Shown one piece after another: positions 29,465 through 39,010 of a stretch of DNA of 64,000 bases. A program made the position numbers and the translations under genes. Position 1 is the stretch's first letter, and the number at the start of each line of letters is the position of its first letter. A model generated the notes under the pieces. That model searched no databases. It was not told where the DNA came from and worked only from the letters and a program-made list of their open reading frames with translations. The stretch comes from a virus (Duplodnaviria > Heunggongvirae > Uroviricota > Caudoviricetes). Location of the stretch: positions 3,368 through 67,367 of IMG/VR virus record IMGVR_UViG_3300022594_000256; one strand, 5' to 3'.

Positions 29465-30184
29465 TCAATAAGTCAAGTGGTTAGTGGTTTTAAATGGTTT
29501 GCCTAGGTAGGCGTTTTCCAAATTACGCATAATTTTGAGCTTCATTCTGCGTAGGATTTTATGGTTATGATCGCCACCAAAAAACTTCATATAGTTGTAC
29601 CACCAACTATTCTTGTGTCTTCTAGCACCATCACTATCCATATAGCGTTTGATTGTAGTAGGATCGTAGCCAAAACGATCAATCATTTCGCAGGCAATAT
29701 TGAACGCAAATGCGCCCATTTCATCCCTGTCACCGTAGTACTCTTGCTCACGAGCAATTGCCGTAATTTCAGCAGTACTTTGATATCCAGGAATTGATTT
29801 AAAATTTCTAGCACGAAACTGTCGCATGTGGATCATTTCGTGTAGCATAATGTCAGCAAAACGTAAGCTCATACGTTTCCAACGATAGTCGGTAATTTTT
29901 AGAGTAGTATCGCTAATATGATAGTGCAGATTAAGTTCAATAGCAGTTTTATACTTGTTATCATAATCGCTATGATACATTCCGCCCATGTAGACGTATC
30001 CACGCTTATTGTCTGAATTAGTATGACTAACAACTTTAATAGGCAACCATGCTTTAACATGGTAACTTATAAGTTTTTGTATCTTTTTAGGAGTCAATGA
30101 TTTACCCACAATACTCTTGTTTAAAGAGTAAAAGTATGAGTACAACGAATCGCGGTCCAATTCAGCCCAATTGAAGTAAGGCAT
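29465..30184 (-). CDS. HExxH-motif protein (putative metallopeptidase-like; paralogue of 39011..39682)
   Basis: 239 aa; MLHEMIHMRQFRARNF ... DEMGAFAFNIACE aligns with HEYKHQRQARRRNY ... DEIDAYAFSIAIE of 39011..39682. Confidence 0.5.
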   Translation of the reverse strand: MPYFNWAELDRDSLYSYFYSLNKSIVGKSLTPKKIQKLISYHVKAWLPIKVVSHTNSDNKRGYVYMGGMYHSDYDNKYKTAIELNLHYHISDTTLKITDYRWKRMSLRFADIMLHEMIHMRQFRARNFKSIPGYQSTAEITAIAREQEYYGDRDEMGAFAFNIACEMIDRFGYDPTTIKRYMDSDGARRHKNSWWYNYMKFFGGDHNHKILRRMKLKIMRNLENAYLGKPFKTTNHLTY

Positions 30185-30242
30185 AGTACACTCCTAGACA
30201 TACTATTTATAGCAGCCCAGGGTGTACTATTATATACGCACT

Positions 30243-30863
30243 TTATGGGCGTTTATCAATCACTTTATCAGCTAAACCGTAGGCTACAGCTTCTTCTGCG
30301 CTTAAGAATGTATCAAACTTCATGGTTTCAAACAATTCTTCGTACTTTTTACCCGCAGTATTATGCTTAACATACAGCTCAGTTAGACGCTTATTAATGC
30401 GAATTGACTCTTCAATGGCACGTTTTGCATCTTCAAACTCTAGTTCTTGTACGTGTACGCTACCGCTTGTACCACGTGTGCCAGAACTAACGCGGTGAAT
30501 CATTGTACGTGCCTCTGGCAATACGTAACGCTTACCGGGATGCCCTGCTTGTGCTAAGAACGAGCCCATTGAACATGCTTGACCTAGTACGTAAGTTGCT
30601 ACATCAGGCTTGATAAATTGCATGGTGTCGTAAATAGCCAAGCCCGCAGTAACAGAACCGCCAGGACTATTAATGAAAAAAGTAATGTCCTCATTGCCTT
30701 GGCTTTCTAAAAATAGTAGTTGAGCTACAATTACACTAGATGTATGCTCGTTAACATCTGAGTCAAGCATAACAATACGGTCTTTAAGTAAACGACTGTA
30801 AATGTCATATGCACGTTCTCCACGTGCTTCTGTTTCAATAACTGTAGGGATTAAACGTGTCAT
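30243..30863 (-). CDS. clpP: ClpP-family serine protease subunit
   Basis: INSPGGSVTAGLAIYDTM, active-site GQACSMGSFL, MIHRVSSG; track start is TTG at 30878; ATG at 30863 (MTRLIPTVIE) matches mature ClpP N-terminus. Confidence 0.85.
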   Translation of the reverse strand: MTRLIPTVIETEARGERAYDIYSRLLKDRIVMLDSDVNEHTSSVIVAQLLFLESQGNEDITFFINSPGGSVTAGLAIYDTMQFIKPDVATYVLGQACSMGSFLAQAGHPGKRYVLPEARTMIHRVSSGTRGTSGSVHVQELEFEDAKRAIEESIRINKRLTELYVKHNTAGKKYEELFETMKFDTFLSAEEAVAYGLADKVIDKRP

Positions 30864-31030
30864 TAGCGATGTTTCCAAAAATTAAAATTTAAATAAATGA
30901 GCCCTGCGTTAACAGTGGCCCAAAACCATTGTTCATGTATTATATTATCAAACGTAGCAAAACACAACCAGCCAATTACCCACCAAGTAATTTCTGTCTG
31001 ATTATTTCTATACCAATCTAAAAAATTCAT
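30863..31030 (-). CDS. small Trp-rich hydrophobic protein (55 aa, below ORF-track cutoff)
   Basis: MNFLDWYRNNQTEITWWVIGWLCFATFDNIIHEQWFWATVNAGLIYLNFNFWKHR; TAATG coupling at both ends. Confidence 0.3.
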   Translation of the reverse strand: MNFLDWYRNNQTEITWWVIGWLCFATFDNIIHEQWFWATVNAGLIYLNFNFWKHR

Positions 31031-31572
31031 TATGCTGCCTTTTTACTTTTAACTTCTAGTTCTTGTTCTGGTACTGGTACTGGCTCTCCACCATCTGGAT
31101 CATCTTCCGGACCATTGTCTTCATACTGCAATACTTGATCACGGAACACTTCTAACTGTTTGATCATATTATCAATACCACCAGCGTTCATTGTAATTTC
31201 ACTATAACCCATTTGGAAACTAACACGACCATTGCTAGTAAGACCCAAACGGTAGTAAGTAGTAACAGGCTTTTCTGGCTCTGGAGGAGTATAAGGAGTT
31301 TTAACTTCTGTCTTCGGAATATCCGGAAAAGCAACTACGTTACTTTTCTTTTTGAACATATCAAACATATGATTCTCTTTCATATTAAGCCGGCGAGCCA
31401 GCGGATTACAAATTAACGGTAAAGCAATTATACACAACCACGCACACTCAATCAATTCAAATCGAGCAAATTTCTCAACAAATGTGGAATACATTCCAAC
31501 GGCAAGGTAAATGGCACTTGCATAAAATAGCCAATACCCTGCCGTTGGTTGCCAAATAATTCGGCGCCACAT
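31030..31572 (-). CDS. membrane protein
   Basis: 180 aa; N-terminal TM segments, C-terminal acidic tail. Confidence 0.5.
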   Translation of the reverse strand: MWRRIIWQPTAGYWLFYASAIYLAVGMYSTFVEKFARFELIECAWLCIIALPLICNPLARRLNMKENHMFDMFKKKSNVVAFPDIPKTEVKTPYTPPEPEKPVTTYYRLGLTSNGRVSFQMGYSEITMNAGGIDNMIKQLEVFRDQVLQYEDNGPEDDPDGGEPVPVPEQELEVKSKKAA

Positions 31573-31573
31573 G

Positions 31574-32425
31574 TTACTTGCCCATGTTTAACATCATACC
31601 GTTGCTACCATTAAGAACAGTAGTTGGCAGTTTACCATCCCACTTCTCAATCCACTGTAGCTGTACGTAGTTTGCACCACCGTTGCTTTGAATAGCTTGT
31701 GCTTGGATACTAATAGCCTTAGCTTCACCTTCAGCTTGAGCAATGCGTGATTTAGCTTCAACTTCAATTCGACGCAAGTCTTGTTCAGCTTTGGCAGTTT
31801 GTTGCACAGAAATAACTTTCTGCTCAATAGCCTTCTGATAGTCTGCACTGAATCCAAAGTTAACCAAACTAATACCACTTACGTCAATATCAAACGGAGC
31901 AACCTTAGCTTTCAACATTTGTTGAATTTCGTCACTAACTTGCTGACGCTTAGTAATCAATTCTTCACTTGTGTAGTGAGCTGTAACCGATTTAAACGCT
32001 TCGTTAATAGCTGGTCCAAGAACCTTTTCATCTACGTTAAGTCCGAACTCTTTGTAGATCTGTGGAACCTTTGCAGCGTTCAAACGATACTGAACAACAA
32101 TATCTGTGTGAACTTGTTGCAGATCCTTAGTTGATGCATTAGCACCAGCCAGTTGATCCTTTTGCAGTCGTACATCAACATCTTTTACAGAGCTGATTGG
32201 ATTCACAAAATGAACACCTTCGGTTAGTGCATTTGGATTCACTTCACCTAACGTAACGATAACACCAGTATGGCCCGCACTAATAACAGTGAACGAACTA
32301 AACGTAATGCCACCTACTAGGATCAGCACACCTGCTAAAATACCTAGTGCTTTTTGGTCGAGCAATACAATAATTGCTCCTGCGGCAACAATTGCCAGTA
32401 ATACGAAAAATATGATTGAAAACAT
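31574..32425 (-). CDS. SPFH/band-7 (stomatin/prohibitin/HflKC-like) membrane protein
   Basis: 283 aa; N-terminal TM anchor then SPFH core and coiled-coil Ala/Glu/Gln-rich region (AKAEQDLRRIEVEAKSRIAQAEGEAKAISIQAQAIQ). Confidence 0.8.
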   Translation of the reverse strand: MFSIIFFVLLAIVAAGAIIVLLDQKALGILAGVLILVGGITFSSFTVISAGHTGVIVTLGEVNPNALTEGVHFVNPISSVKDVDVRLQKDQLAGANASTKDLQQVHTDIVVQYRLNAAKVPQIYKEFGLNVDEKVLGPAINEAFKSVTAHYTSEELITKRQQVSDEIQQMLKAKVAPFDIDVSGISLVNFGFSADYQKAIEQKVISVQQTAKAEQDLRRIEVEAKSRIAQAEGEAKAISIQAQAIQSNGGANYVQLQWIEKWDGKLPTTVLNGSNGMMLNMGK

Positions 32426-32435
32426 TTAAGTTCCT

Positions 32436-32942
32436 TTATTGGATTGGAAATGGACTAACAAGAATACGTGGCTCGATGTACACAGGCTTAGCCTTGCCAT
32501 CTTTGTGATCTACGCACAGAACCCAAGTACCGTCAGCACTTGCTGGGCTGTACAACCCGTTTGGATCAGCTTGCGGAATTACAGCATTGCCGTGACCGCT
32601 ATCATACACGACACGACTTGGGTTAGTATATTGAGTAGCATACGGCAATCCGTAGCCGACTGAATCACATACCTTAGTCAATTGGTTATTCATACCAACC
32701 AAATAAGTTGTAGTAGCTACGTTCTTGTCACGCAACTCCATAATGTCTTTCATCATGCGCTTTTCAGCAAAGTTTACGATAGCTGGCATGCCAACTTGTG
32801 TAACTGCCTGGAGGCTAAGTTCTTCTTGCTTCTTACGTTCAATCTGTGTCGAAGTAGCAGGACCAGGGTCACATGCTGTCATTAGGCATGACATAGCAAG
32901 AATTGCTGCAAACGGTGCTGCGGTTTTTAAAAAGTTTTTCAT
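32436..32942 (-). CDS. lipoprotein
   Basis: Track ORF starts with GTG at 33017; ATG 32942 (AGGA SD) gives MKNFLKTAAPFAAILAMSCLMTAC with lipobox LMTAC. Confidence 0.5.
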   Translation of the reverse strand: MKNFLKTAAPFAAILAMSCLMTACDPGPATSTQIERKKQEELSLQAVTQVGMPAIVNFAEKRMMKDIMELRDKNVATTTYLVGMNNQLTKVCDSVGYGLPYATQYTNPSRVVYDSGHGNAVIPQADPNGLYSPASADGTWVLCVDHKDGKAKPVYIEPRILVSPFPIQ

Positions 32943-32943
32943 T

Positions 32944-33273
32944 TTATTGTTGTCCTGAACGGAGTTGGTTATAAAAATTACGCAAGTTAGGAGGCATACG
33001 ATCCTCAGGGTACACACTAAAACGGTGTAACACTATAGCACGAAGAGCATCTTTATGATCCTTATCCGCATTAATATATTCAAGTTGCAAATTTTCTAAA
33101 TCACGTACCATACCGTCATTGTATTGTTCGCTTTGCTTGAACACTTCATTATCTACTGCACGGTACTTAGGTGCAAAGAATTTGTACATTTCATATCCGC
33201 CAAACGACAATGCAAATATCAAAAATGCAGCCATTACTAGTGCGCCAATTGCACCAAACATTTCTTTAAACAT
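32944..33273 (-). CDS. small membrane protein
   Basis: 109 aa; N-terminal TM (AIGALVMAAFLIFALSFGGY). Confidence 0.45.
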   Translation of the reverse strand: MFKEMFGAIGALVMAAFLIFALSFGGYEMYKFFAPKYRAVDNEVFKQSEQYNDGMVRDLENLQLEYINADKDHKDALRAIVLHRFSVYPEDRMPPNLRNFYNQLRSGQQ

Positions 33274-33830
33274 TATTGAGTCTCCAATTCTTTAAATGCT
33301 TCCGGAGCACGTTTCAACGCAAGTTCGCGTTCGGCATGTGCTTCTTTTGCCTTTTTCAATACGTTTGCATCACCTGTGGGCAGTGCAACTAGAACGTAGG
33401 TATTAAACTTACCGTTAGCTGTAACAATGCGTTTAATTTCGCGCTGTTCAACACCAGTCATGTCAACACCTGGACATGCACTCTTAGTTGCACGTTCATT
33501 TATTTGTGTACGACTATTCTCACCTTCTGATGAATATGTCTTAGTCATTGAGCTAGTCTTGCCGCCAGCAGTCATACACAACTTACCGTACGCATCATTC
33601 TTTGCGTATGCATCTGCATCTGACATATTAAACGAGCTACCAAAACCTGCTTCATATACTGCATTGGTACTTGCGGGTACTTTGTTAAACCAGTCGGGTG
33701 TCTTATCAAGAATCTTTTCTTGTGTACGAACTTGACGATCACGTTCCATTTCTGCACGTTTAGCATATGGATCGGTTGTACCACAAGCTGCTAAGATTGC
33801 AACGATCGGAATTAGTAATAGTGCTTTCAT
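33273..33830 (-). CDS. lipoprotein
   Basis: MKALLLIPIVAILAACGTTD signal with lipobox LAAC. Confidence 0.5.
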   Translation of the reverse strand: MKALLLIPIVAILAACGTTDPYAKRAEMERDRQVRTQEKILDKTPDWFNKVPASTNAVYEAGFGSSFNMSDADAYAKNDAYGKLCMTAGGKTSSMTKTYSSEGENSRTQINERATKSACPGVDMTGVEQREIKRIVTANGKFNTYVLVALPTGDANVLKKAKEAHAERELALKRAPEAFKELETQ

Positions 33831-33985
33831 TATTTGCCACCCATCTTTTCTTTAGTCCACTCTGCTGTGGACTGAATGTCCTTACCAACACCTGCCACTG
33901 TACTACAACCGGTAAGTAAGGCTGTAGCAACTACTGCACAAACTAGTGTAAGTTTAATACTAAACATAATGATCCAGTCTTTCAT
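33830..33985 (-). CDS. entericidin-like small lipoprotein (51 aa, below ORF-track cutoff)
   Basis: MKDWIIMFSIKLTLVCAVVATALLTGCSTVAGVGKDIQSTAEWTKEKMGGK; LLTGC-STVAGVGKDI closely resembles EcnA/EcnB L(L/T)(T/A)(A/G)CNTTRGVGEDI; TAATG and ATGA coupling. Confidence 0.5.
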   Translation of the reverse strand: MKDWIIMFSIKLTLVCAVVATALLTGCSTVAGVGKDIQSTAEWTKEKMGGK

Positions 33986-34110
33986 TTTGCCATCTCCACT
34001 GATTGAGTTTTAACTTTGTCAACACCGTGATCAAGAATGCGAGCAATGCCGCTAAATCCTACGGTAGCTAATACTAATCCGAAAATAGTACCTGCAATAA
34101 ACAATTTCAT
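33982..34110 (-). CDS. tiny membrane protein (42 aa)
   Basis: Internal ATG 34110 with strong AGGAG SD; MKLFIAGTIFGLVLATVGFSGIARILDHG...; avoids 65-nt overlap of the longer track ORF. Confidence 0.35.
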   Translation of the reverse strand: MKLFIAGTIFGLVLATVGFSGIARILDHGVDKVKTQSVEMAK

Positions 34111-34150
34111 TTGTTTCTCCTGTGTGTTAAGTGTGGTGTGTAGTATAGCA

Positions 34151-34342
34151 TCAATCAATTTGGATGTCAACCAAACGACCTTTGCTAAAGATGTAGTAGG
34201 ATTCGATAAGCCCATGACTTACCCAAAGACACTTATTGCCTGGGCGAATTGTAGCATACTCAACACCGTTTTCTTTGAGCTTGTCCATAACAATGATCAA
34301 TTCAAACTCATTGATCTTGTCTGCGTCTTCTACTCGAATCAT
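34151..34342 (-). CDS. hypothetical small protein
   Basis: 63-aa ORF, ATG start. Confidence 0.3.
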   Translation of the reverse strand: MIRVEDADKINEFELIIVMDKLKENGVEYATIRPGNKCLWVSHGLIESYYIFSKGRLVDIQID

Positions 34343-34386
34343 TTTGGTTCCTAACTGTTACAATACTTTGTATTATACAGCCAAAA

Positions 34387-34914
34387 TTACCACTTGTCAA
34401 CTACAGTCCAAAGTTCATTGTCAGCTTTGCATATAACTCCGTGGTTTATACGCAACACTCCGTTATTGTATTTTTCACGGAACAATCTGCACGTAGCATT
34501 ATTGTACTTAAAATACTGCTTTTTTTCTGGTACACGTGGCAGTTCGGTTTCTAGCACTTCATCACCAACTTTTACAGGACCGTGTTTTACTTTTCCTTCT
34601 TTGCACACAACAATACTTTCAGCTTCGTACTGTCCACCTAACACAGTAAGGAGTTGTTTACGACCATTTTCAATAGCAGTGTTGCAAAGAAATTCTCCGT
34701 CTTCCACGCCGTTATGTTCCCATTTAACATTATGCCAATCATTGTCAACATTAATGCGATACTTTACAACACATTTTCCAGGAGTGATATTTTTAATCAA
34801 ATCTGTAACTGCTCCTACCTTGCGAGTAGAAGTCATGTTGCTGGCTTGATTAATACTGCACTCAGCAAATGCAAGATTAGTGATCAGCGTTAACAGTAGT
34901 AGAATTTTTTTCAC
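34387..34914 (-). CDS. secreted Cys-containing protein
   Basis: GTG start with GGTGGAG SD; signal peptide MKKILLLLTLITNLAFA. Confidence 0.45.
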   Translation of the reverse strand: MKKILLLLTLITNLAFAECSINQASNMTSTRKVGAVTDLIKNITPGKCVVKYRINVDNDWHNVKWEHNGVEDGEFLCNTAIENGRKQLLTVLGGQYEAESIVVCKEGKVKHGPVKVGDEVLETELPRVPEKKQYFKYNNATCRLFREKYNNGVLRINHGVICKADNELWTVVDKW

Positions 34915-35164
34915 GATTACACTCCACCGCGTACCACCAAATAGTTGCTTTCAGGCGACTATTGTATGCACGGTCTTCTTCGTTAAGTTGATCTGGATCT
35001 GCTGCAAAGTTTTTAAAACGCTGGATGTCATGTAACTGTCTGAGTTCGTTATCCTTGTTTGTACAACTGGTTCTAAATCGCACAAGCTCGTCGTACGACA
35101 GAATGTGGGTACTATCCCCGCATCCTGCTAGAACCAACGCTGCTAAAAGGATAACGAATTTCAT
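34877..35164 (-). CDS. lipoprotein
   Basis: MKFVILLAALVLAGCGDS lipobox LAGC. Confidence 0.45.
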   Translation of the reverse strand: MKFVILLAALVLAGCGDSTHILSYDELVRFRTSCTNKDNELRQLHDIQRFKNFAADPDQLNEEDRAYNSRLKATIWWYAVECNREKNSTTVNADH

Positions 35165-35586
35165 CGGTATTTGTCATCAAGTTCTACGTTAGTGAGTGCT
35201 GCAATGTTTTGGAACTTATCCCACGCAGCTTTAGCGGCTGGATTAGTTTCCAGTTCGCTGTTTGGCAGAACAGCTTCTAGCCAAATTTCTGGACGACGAG
35301 TTGGGTGTGCTCCGAACTTACGTGGTTGATGCATCTTGCCAGAGTCGTACAGATCAATGCTAATTTTACGAAACAGTTCCTCGTCATCATACCCTGCCCA
35401 TTCTGGCGCACTCCAGATGCTACCGGGTGATGATCCACCACCGTAGCCGTGCCAAATACTAGTCCATTCCTCGTCATTATGAGGATCAAAATCTGTGCGA
35501 GTAATAAGGACAAGGACATCGTTGATGTTTACTGTACCATCAACAATATCTCTAACGCAACGAGAATAGCTAAGTCCGATTTTCAT
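35161..35586 (-). CDS. hypothetical protein
   Basis: ATG 35586 with GGAGAGG SD (MKIGLSYSRC...); longer track ORF starts upstream. Confidence 0.5.
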   Translation of the reverse strand: MKIGLSYSRCVRDIVDGTVNINDVLVLITRTDFDPHNDEEWTSIWHGYGGGSSPGSIWSAPEWAGYDDEELFRKISIDLYDSGKMHQPRKFGAHPTRRPEIWLEAVLPNSELETNPAAKAAWDKFQNIAALTNVELDDKYR

Positions 35587-35764
35587 TAAAGGTCCTCTCC
35601 AAAAATGTACTGTGACATTTTCTTTTTGGTTGTTTCTTCGTCTAACATGCCGCACTCAAAACAAATCTGTTCATCGTTTGGGCCATATGGACGACACTCG
35701 TCGATTTTGCCACACATTTCGCAAACTTGTTCAACTTCCGCTGCAATGTACCCACGCCCGCTCA
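35587..35764 (-). CDS. small zinc-ribbon protein (59 aa, below cutoff)
   Basis: MSGRGYIAAEVEQVCEMCGKIDECRPYGPNDEQICFECGML...; CxxC...CxxC; stop overlaps next ATG. Confidence 0.4.
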
Positions 35765-35932
35765 TTTAGATTTTCCTTCAAGTTCTGTAATGCGTTGTTG
35801 CAATTGTAACACCTCTTGCTCCAATTTGTCAACATGAATTGCAACTTGTTCCATAAATTGGGCAGTATTGGTGCCGGTAATTCGTAGCATTTCTGCCACA
35901 CTTGGTGGTACTAGGTTTTCTGGGTTTGTCAT
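35761..35932 (-). CDS. small coiled-coil protein (56 aa, below cutoff)
   Basis: MTNPENLVPPSVAEMLRITGTNTAQFMEQVAIHVDKLEQEVLQLQQRITELEGKSK; ATGA coupling. Confidence 0.35.
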
Positions 35933-36787
35933 TTAAATCTCCAATATAATGTTAGGGTTCCAGCCGCTGTCTTCGCTATAGCCATCACTTTCGTAACCAC
36001 GTGGGTTACAAACAACTCTTGTTTCACCAATCATGTAATCAAACGGATGATGAGTGTGTCCATGTGTCCACAATTTGATCTGTGGACGATCCAAGATAAA
36101 CTCACTCAAGTCACTGTGGTAAGCACCGTTCATCAAGTATTCAGTTCTGTAAGATTCATGCACACTTTGGAAACTTGGACTGTGATGTCCTACAACAACA
36201 AACTTTTCGTCTGGACGCTCTGCTACTACTGTCTTAATGTAGTCAAGTGAATCGCGATGACGCAAGACTGTGTCGTGTGGCTTTAAGGTAGTGTAACCTT
36301 CAAACTCTTTACGGATACACTTATAGTCCATCATCATGTCGCGAACGGCATGCATAGTCAGCGGATCAGCTTTGTTCATGTTAGTCCATAAGGTGCTACC
36401 AATAAAAGTAACATCATCAATCTTTTTACTACCACGTTCTAAGAAGTAGACGTTAGGAAACTTAGCGCACTCGTCACTTAGCGTAGTTAATGTTTGGTTC
36501 CACTTGCCGTGATAAAATTCATGATTGCCAGCCACATAGATTGTATGTGGAAACTGGAAACTGCAACGCTTCAAAAAGTCACGGAAGCGAAGAGCAGTTT
36601 GTTGTCTACGTCCGAGATCAGCTAAGTTTACATTACTGTACATGCCGTAGCTTGTCTCAGGATGGTCGTGAAGATCTGTGGCAATCATAATATCGCCAGA
36701 CAAGATCAAAACATCGTAGTCCTGATCATTTTGAATATTGATATCAGAAAACTCCAAATGAAGGTCACTGACTAATTTAATTCTCAT
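35933..36787 (-). CDS. calcineurin-like metallophosphoesterase
   Basis: SDLHLE, GDIM, GNHEF, GHHSP, GHTHHPF signature blocks. Confidence 0.8.
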   Translation of the reverse strand: MRIKLVSDLHLEFSDINIQNDQDYDVLILSGDIMIATDLHDHPETSYGMYSNVNLADLGRRQQTALRFRDFLKRCSFQFPHTIYVAGNHEFYHGKWNQTLTTLSDECAKFPNVYFLERGSKKIDDVTFIGSTLWTNMNKADPLTMHAVRDMMMDYKCIRKEFEGYTTLKPHDTVLRHRDSLDYIKTVVAERPDEKFVVVGHHSPSFQSVHESYRTEYLMNGAYHSDLSEFILDRPQIKLWTHGHTHHPFDYMIGETRVVCNPRGYESDGYSEDSGWNPNIILEI

Positions 36788-37396
36788 TTAAATCTCGCTG
36801 TAGTCGTTGTCAGAGTCTGTTGCAAACGGCCAAGGTTTTCCTTTGCTTTCTAATTTCCAACGCTGGGCATCTTCCTTAGTAATTTCACCTGTTTCGACCT
36901 TGTCAATAAAGTTGCGAAGCATTTGATTCATCCAGTCGTTGAATGTCATATTTTCTGCATGAGCAGCTTTGAAGGCAAACATTAGCAAGTCATCGGGTAA
37001 GTCCAGAGGAATGCTTACATCCGTACTGTAGTCTTCACCTGCGTAAATGGCCAAACACTTTTGAACAAAGTCTTCATCGACTTCTAAATCAACGTAGTCA
37101 ACATCTTCCCATGCTTCGTTTAAACTAACATTTTTACGCTTGCACTCCTTCTTATGCTTCTTAGCATAGTCTGGATTAATCATACGATAAGCACGTTGGT
37201 GCTTGTAATCGTGAGCCATTACTTCAAACACTTCCTGAGTCTTAGTATCAAATGTAATGCTAAAACTGTGGCCGTTTTGATCGCCATTCCAGCTGTCTAG
37301 AGTGTAAGCATGAGTACCAAAACATTCCCAACAGTAGTCACTACCTTCTGTAATACGATAGCCAACGATTTCCATCCATTCTTTCATTGTAATCAT
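36788..37396 (-). CDS. hypothetical protein
   Basis: 202 aa; HDYKHQRAYR segment reminiscent of 39011 paralogue. Confidence 0.45.
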   Translation of the reverse strand: MITMKEWMEIVGYRITEGSDYCWECFGTHAYTLDSWNGDQNGHSFSITFDTKTQEVFEVMAHDYKHQRAYRMINPDYAKKHKKECKRKNVSLNEAWEDVDYVDLEVDEDFVQKCLAIYAGEDYSTDVSIPLDLPDDLLMFAFKAAHAENMTFNDWMNQMLRNFIDKVETGEITKEDAQRWKLESKGKPWPFATDSDNDYSEI

Positions 37397-37821
37397 TCTT
37401 CAAATCCTTCTTTAAGTAGTTTACGGTGTTCGTACTCTTCCATAGCCTTAGCTTTGGCCGCATCACGTTCAGCACGGTGAGTTTCACATAGTGTTTGAAT
37501 CCAACCATCCCCACCTCGGTCGCCTGGTGCGCCACAATCTTCGCACATCATCATACTCATCTGTTCAGCCATAGCAATGACACCTTGTGTATAGTCATCA
37601 CCGCCTTGTACGTAGAAACGTAGCCCACCAAACTTTTCTTTTACTTGTTCGGCGACAACTTGCGGAACATCCGGTTTCCAATCTAAGTGGCTTTGGATAA
37701 GACGGCAGGCTTGATTAAGCAAATCAAACCAACCTTTGCCTACAGCAATACCACCATACCTACCGCTAAAAATTTTAGGGTATACTTGGGGAAAATAATC
37801 TTGCATCTCTCGTTCAGTCAT
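37393..37821 (-). CDS. hypothetical Cys-containing protein
   Basis: 142 aa; CEDCGAPGDRGGDGWIQTLCETH. Confidence 0.45.
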   Translation of the reverse strand: MTEREMQDYFPQVYPKIFSGRYGGIAVGKGWFDLLNQACRLIQSHLDWKPDVPQVVAEQVKEKFGGLRFYVQGGDDYTQGVIAMAEQMSMMMCEDCGAPGDRGGDGWIQTLCETHRAERDAAKAKAMEEYEHRKLLKEGFEE

Positions 37822-37824
37822 AGC

Positions 37825-38133
37825 TTACTTCCAAAGTTTAAGTAGATTAACAAACTCGGGCCATTCGGTGTCTGGACGTGGGCACAATACAATGCCAACT
37901 TCTTGTCCGTTCATGCGGCTTTCAGTAACTAATTGAGTATCCTCTAACTCTTTAAGCATAGCAAACTCTGCAGGTGTTACTGCACAAGTAACTTTCTTAA
38001 AGCTCTTGTTCAGCCATGTTTTATAGTTGTCCTTATGCCCAAAACTAATATGACACATCAGTCCAGCGTGTGCGGCTGTGTTCATTGCCATGCCCACAGG
38101 CAAGTCGTCTTTAATACAGATATACATTTTCAT
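37825..38133 (-). CDS. hypothetical protein
   Basis: 102-aa ORF, ATG. Confidence 0.4.
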   Translation of the reverse strand: MKMYICIKDDLPVGMAMNTAAHAGLMCHISFGHKDNYKTWLNKSFKKVTCAVTPAEFAMLKELEDTQLVTESRMNGQEVGIVLCPRPDTEWPEFVNLLKLWK

Positions 38134-38312
38134 ACTATTTCCTTAAAGTGTTCAAACCATTTATCTTTACCATCTAGGCGTTGTCCCATAGGAGGCTCGT
38201 CGGTTAGTCCGTTCTGCTCGCAAAACTTAACAAACCGATCCCAGTATTGAGGAGCGATGCCTGCGCCACGATTATTGTAGAACATACACAACCACATGTC
38301 TTTCTCGTTCAT
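38130..38312 (-). CDS. hypothetical small protein
   Basis: 60 aa, ATGA coupled. Confidence 0.35.
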   Translation of the reverse strand: MNEKDMWLCMFYNNRGAGIAPQYWDRFVKFCEQNGLTDEPPMGQRLDGKDKWFEHFKEIV

Positions 38313-38998
38313 TGGAATGCCTTTACATAATTTAAACGTGTTACATCAACCGGGTGTTTCCAGTGTTTTGAAAGTTCTTTTACTTTACCTTTAACAAGTA
38401 CACACGGTCCTATTGCTACTGATTGCTTACCCATCCATGATACAAGTTTGTTGTCTATTATAGCATCAACATTGTATGCGTCATAGTTTTTTGACTTGTT
38501 ACACTTAATAATTTCACAATCCAAATCGAGTAATTCATCACCTGGCAATCCTAAAAATCCATTCTCTGCATTTTTAACTGATGACTCGTATTTGTCTCGA
38601 TAGTATGTACTAGGCAAACATGCAACGAATCCAAGATGATTTACTGGAACAGTTTCTTTGTTTAATATTGTAAACAATGATGTGCGAAACTCGTCTCCGC
38701 CTTCGATTGCTGTAAACAAAAGTTTACGAAAGTATTTTTGGATAGTGTTTGCAAATTCTCTATCTTCTAAGTTAGTACACAGCAATGCTGGCTTATTAGG
38801 CATTGTTTCGTACTTGGTTGTATGAATCTCGCCTAATGCAATTAACATTAGTTCTTTGTTAGGATACTTATGGCCATGCTCGTTGCTAGTAGTCCAAACG
38901 GAACTTTCACTGAGGTATTCTCCGTTAGCTCGCATGGCAGCACAGGCCAATTCAATAGCAGTTTGGAGAGGGATTTCTTTAATAGGCTTGTCTGACAT
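38309..38998 (-). CDS. hypothetical protein
   Basis: 229-aa ORF, ATG. Confidence 0.5.
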   Translation of the reverse strand: MSDKPIKEIPLQTAIELACAAMRANGEYLSESSVWTTSNEHGHKYPNKELMLIALGEIHTTKYETMPNKPALLCTNLEDREFANTIQKYFRKLLFTAIEGGDEFRTSLFTILNKETVPVNHLGFVACLPSTYYRDKYESSVKNAENGFLGLPGDELLDLDCEIIKCNKSKNYDAYNVDAIIDNKLVSWMGKQSVAIGPCVLVKGKVKELSKHWKHPVDVTRLNYVKAFQ

Positions 38999-39010
38999 AG
39001 TTCGTGTATT

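Noticed and set aside
30879-31029. Apparent 150-nt non-coding gap upstream of clpP
   Set aside because: It is actually filled by a 55-aa coupled ORF (30863..31030) once the clpP start is moved from the TTG at 30878 to the ATG at 30863, so it is not a regulatory gap.
31594-32134. ORFs 31594..31878 (-) and 31781..32134 (+) within the SPFH gene
   Set aside because: Nested or antisense within a strongly supported SPFH coding frame.
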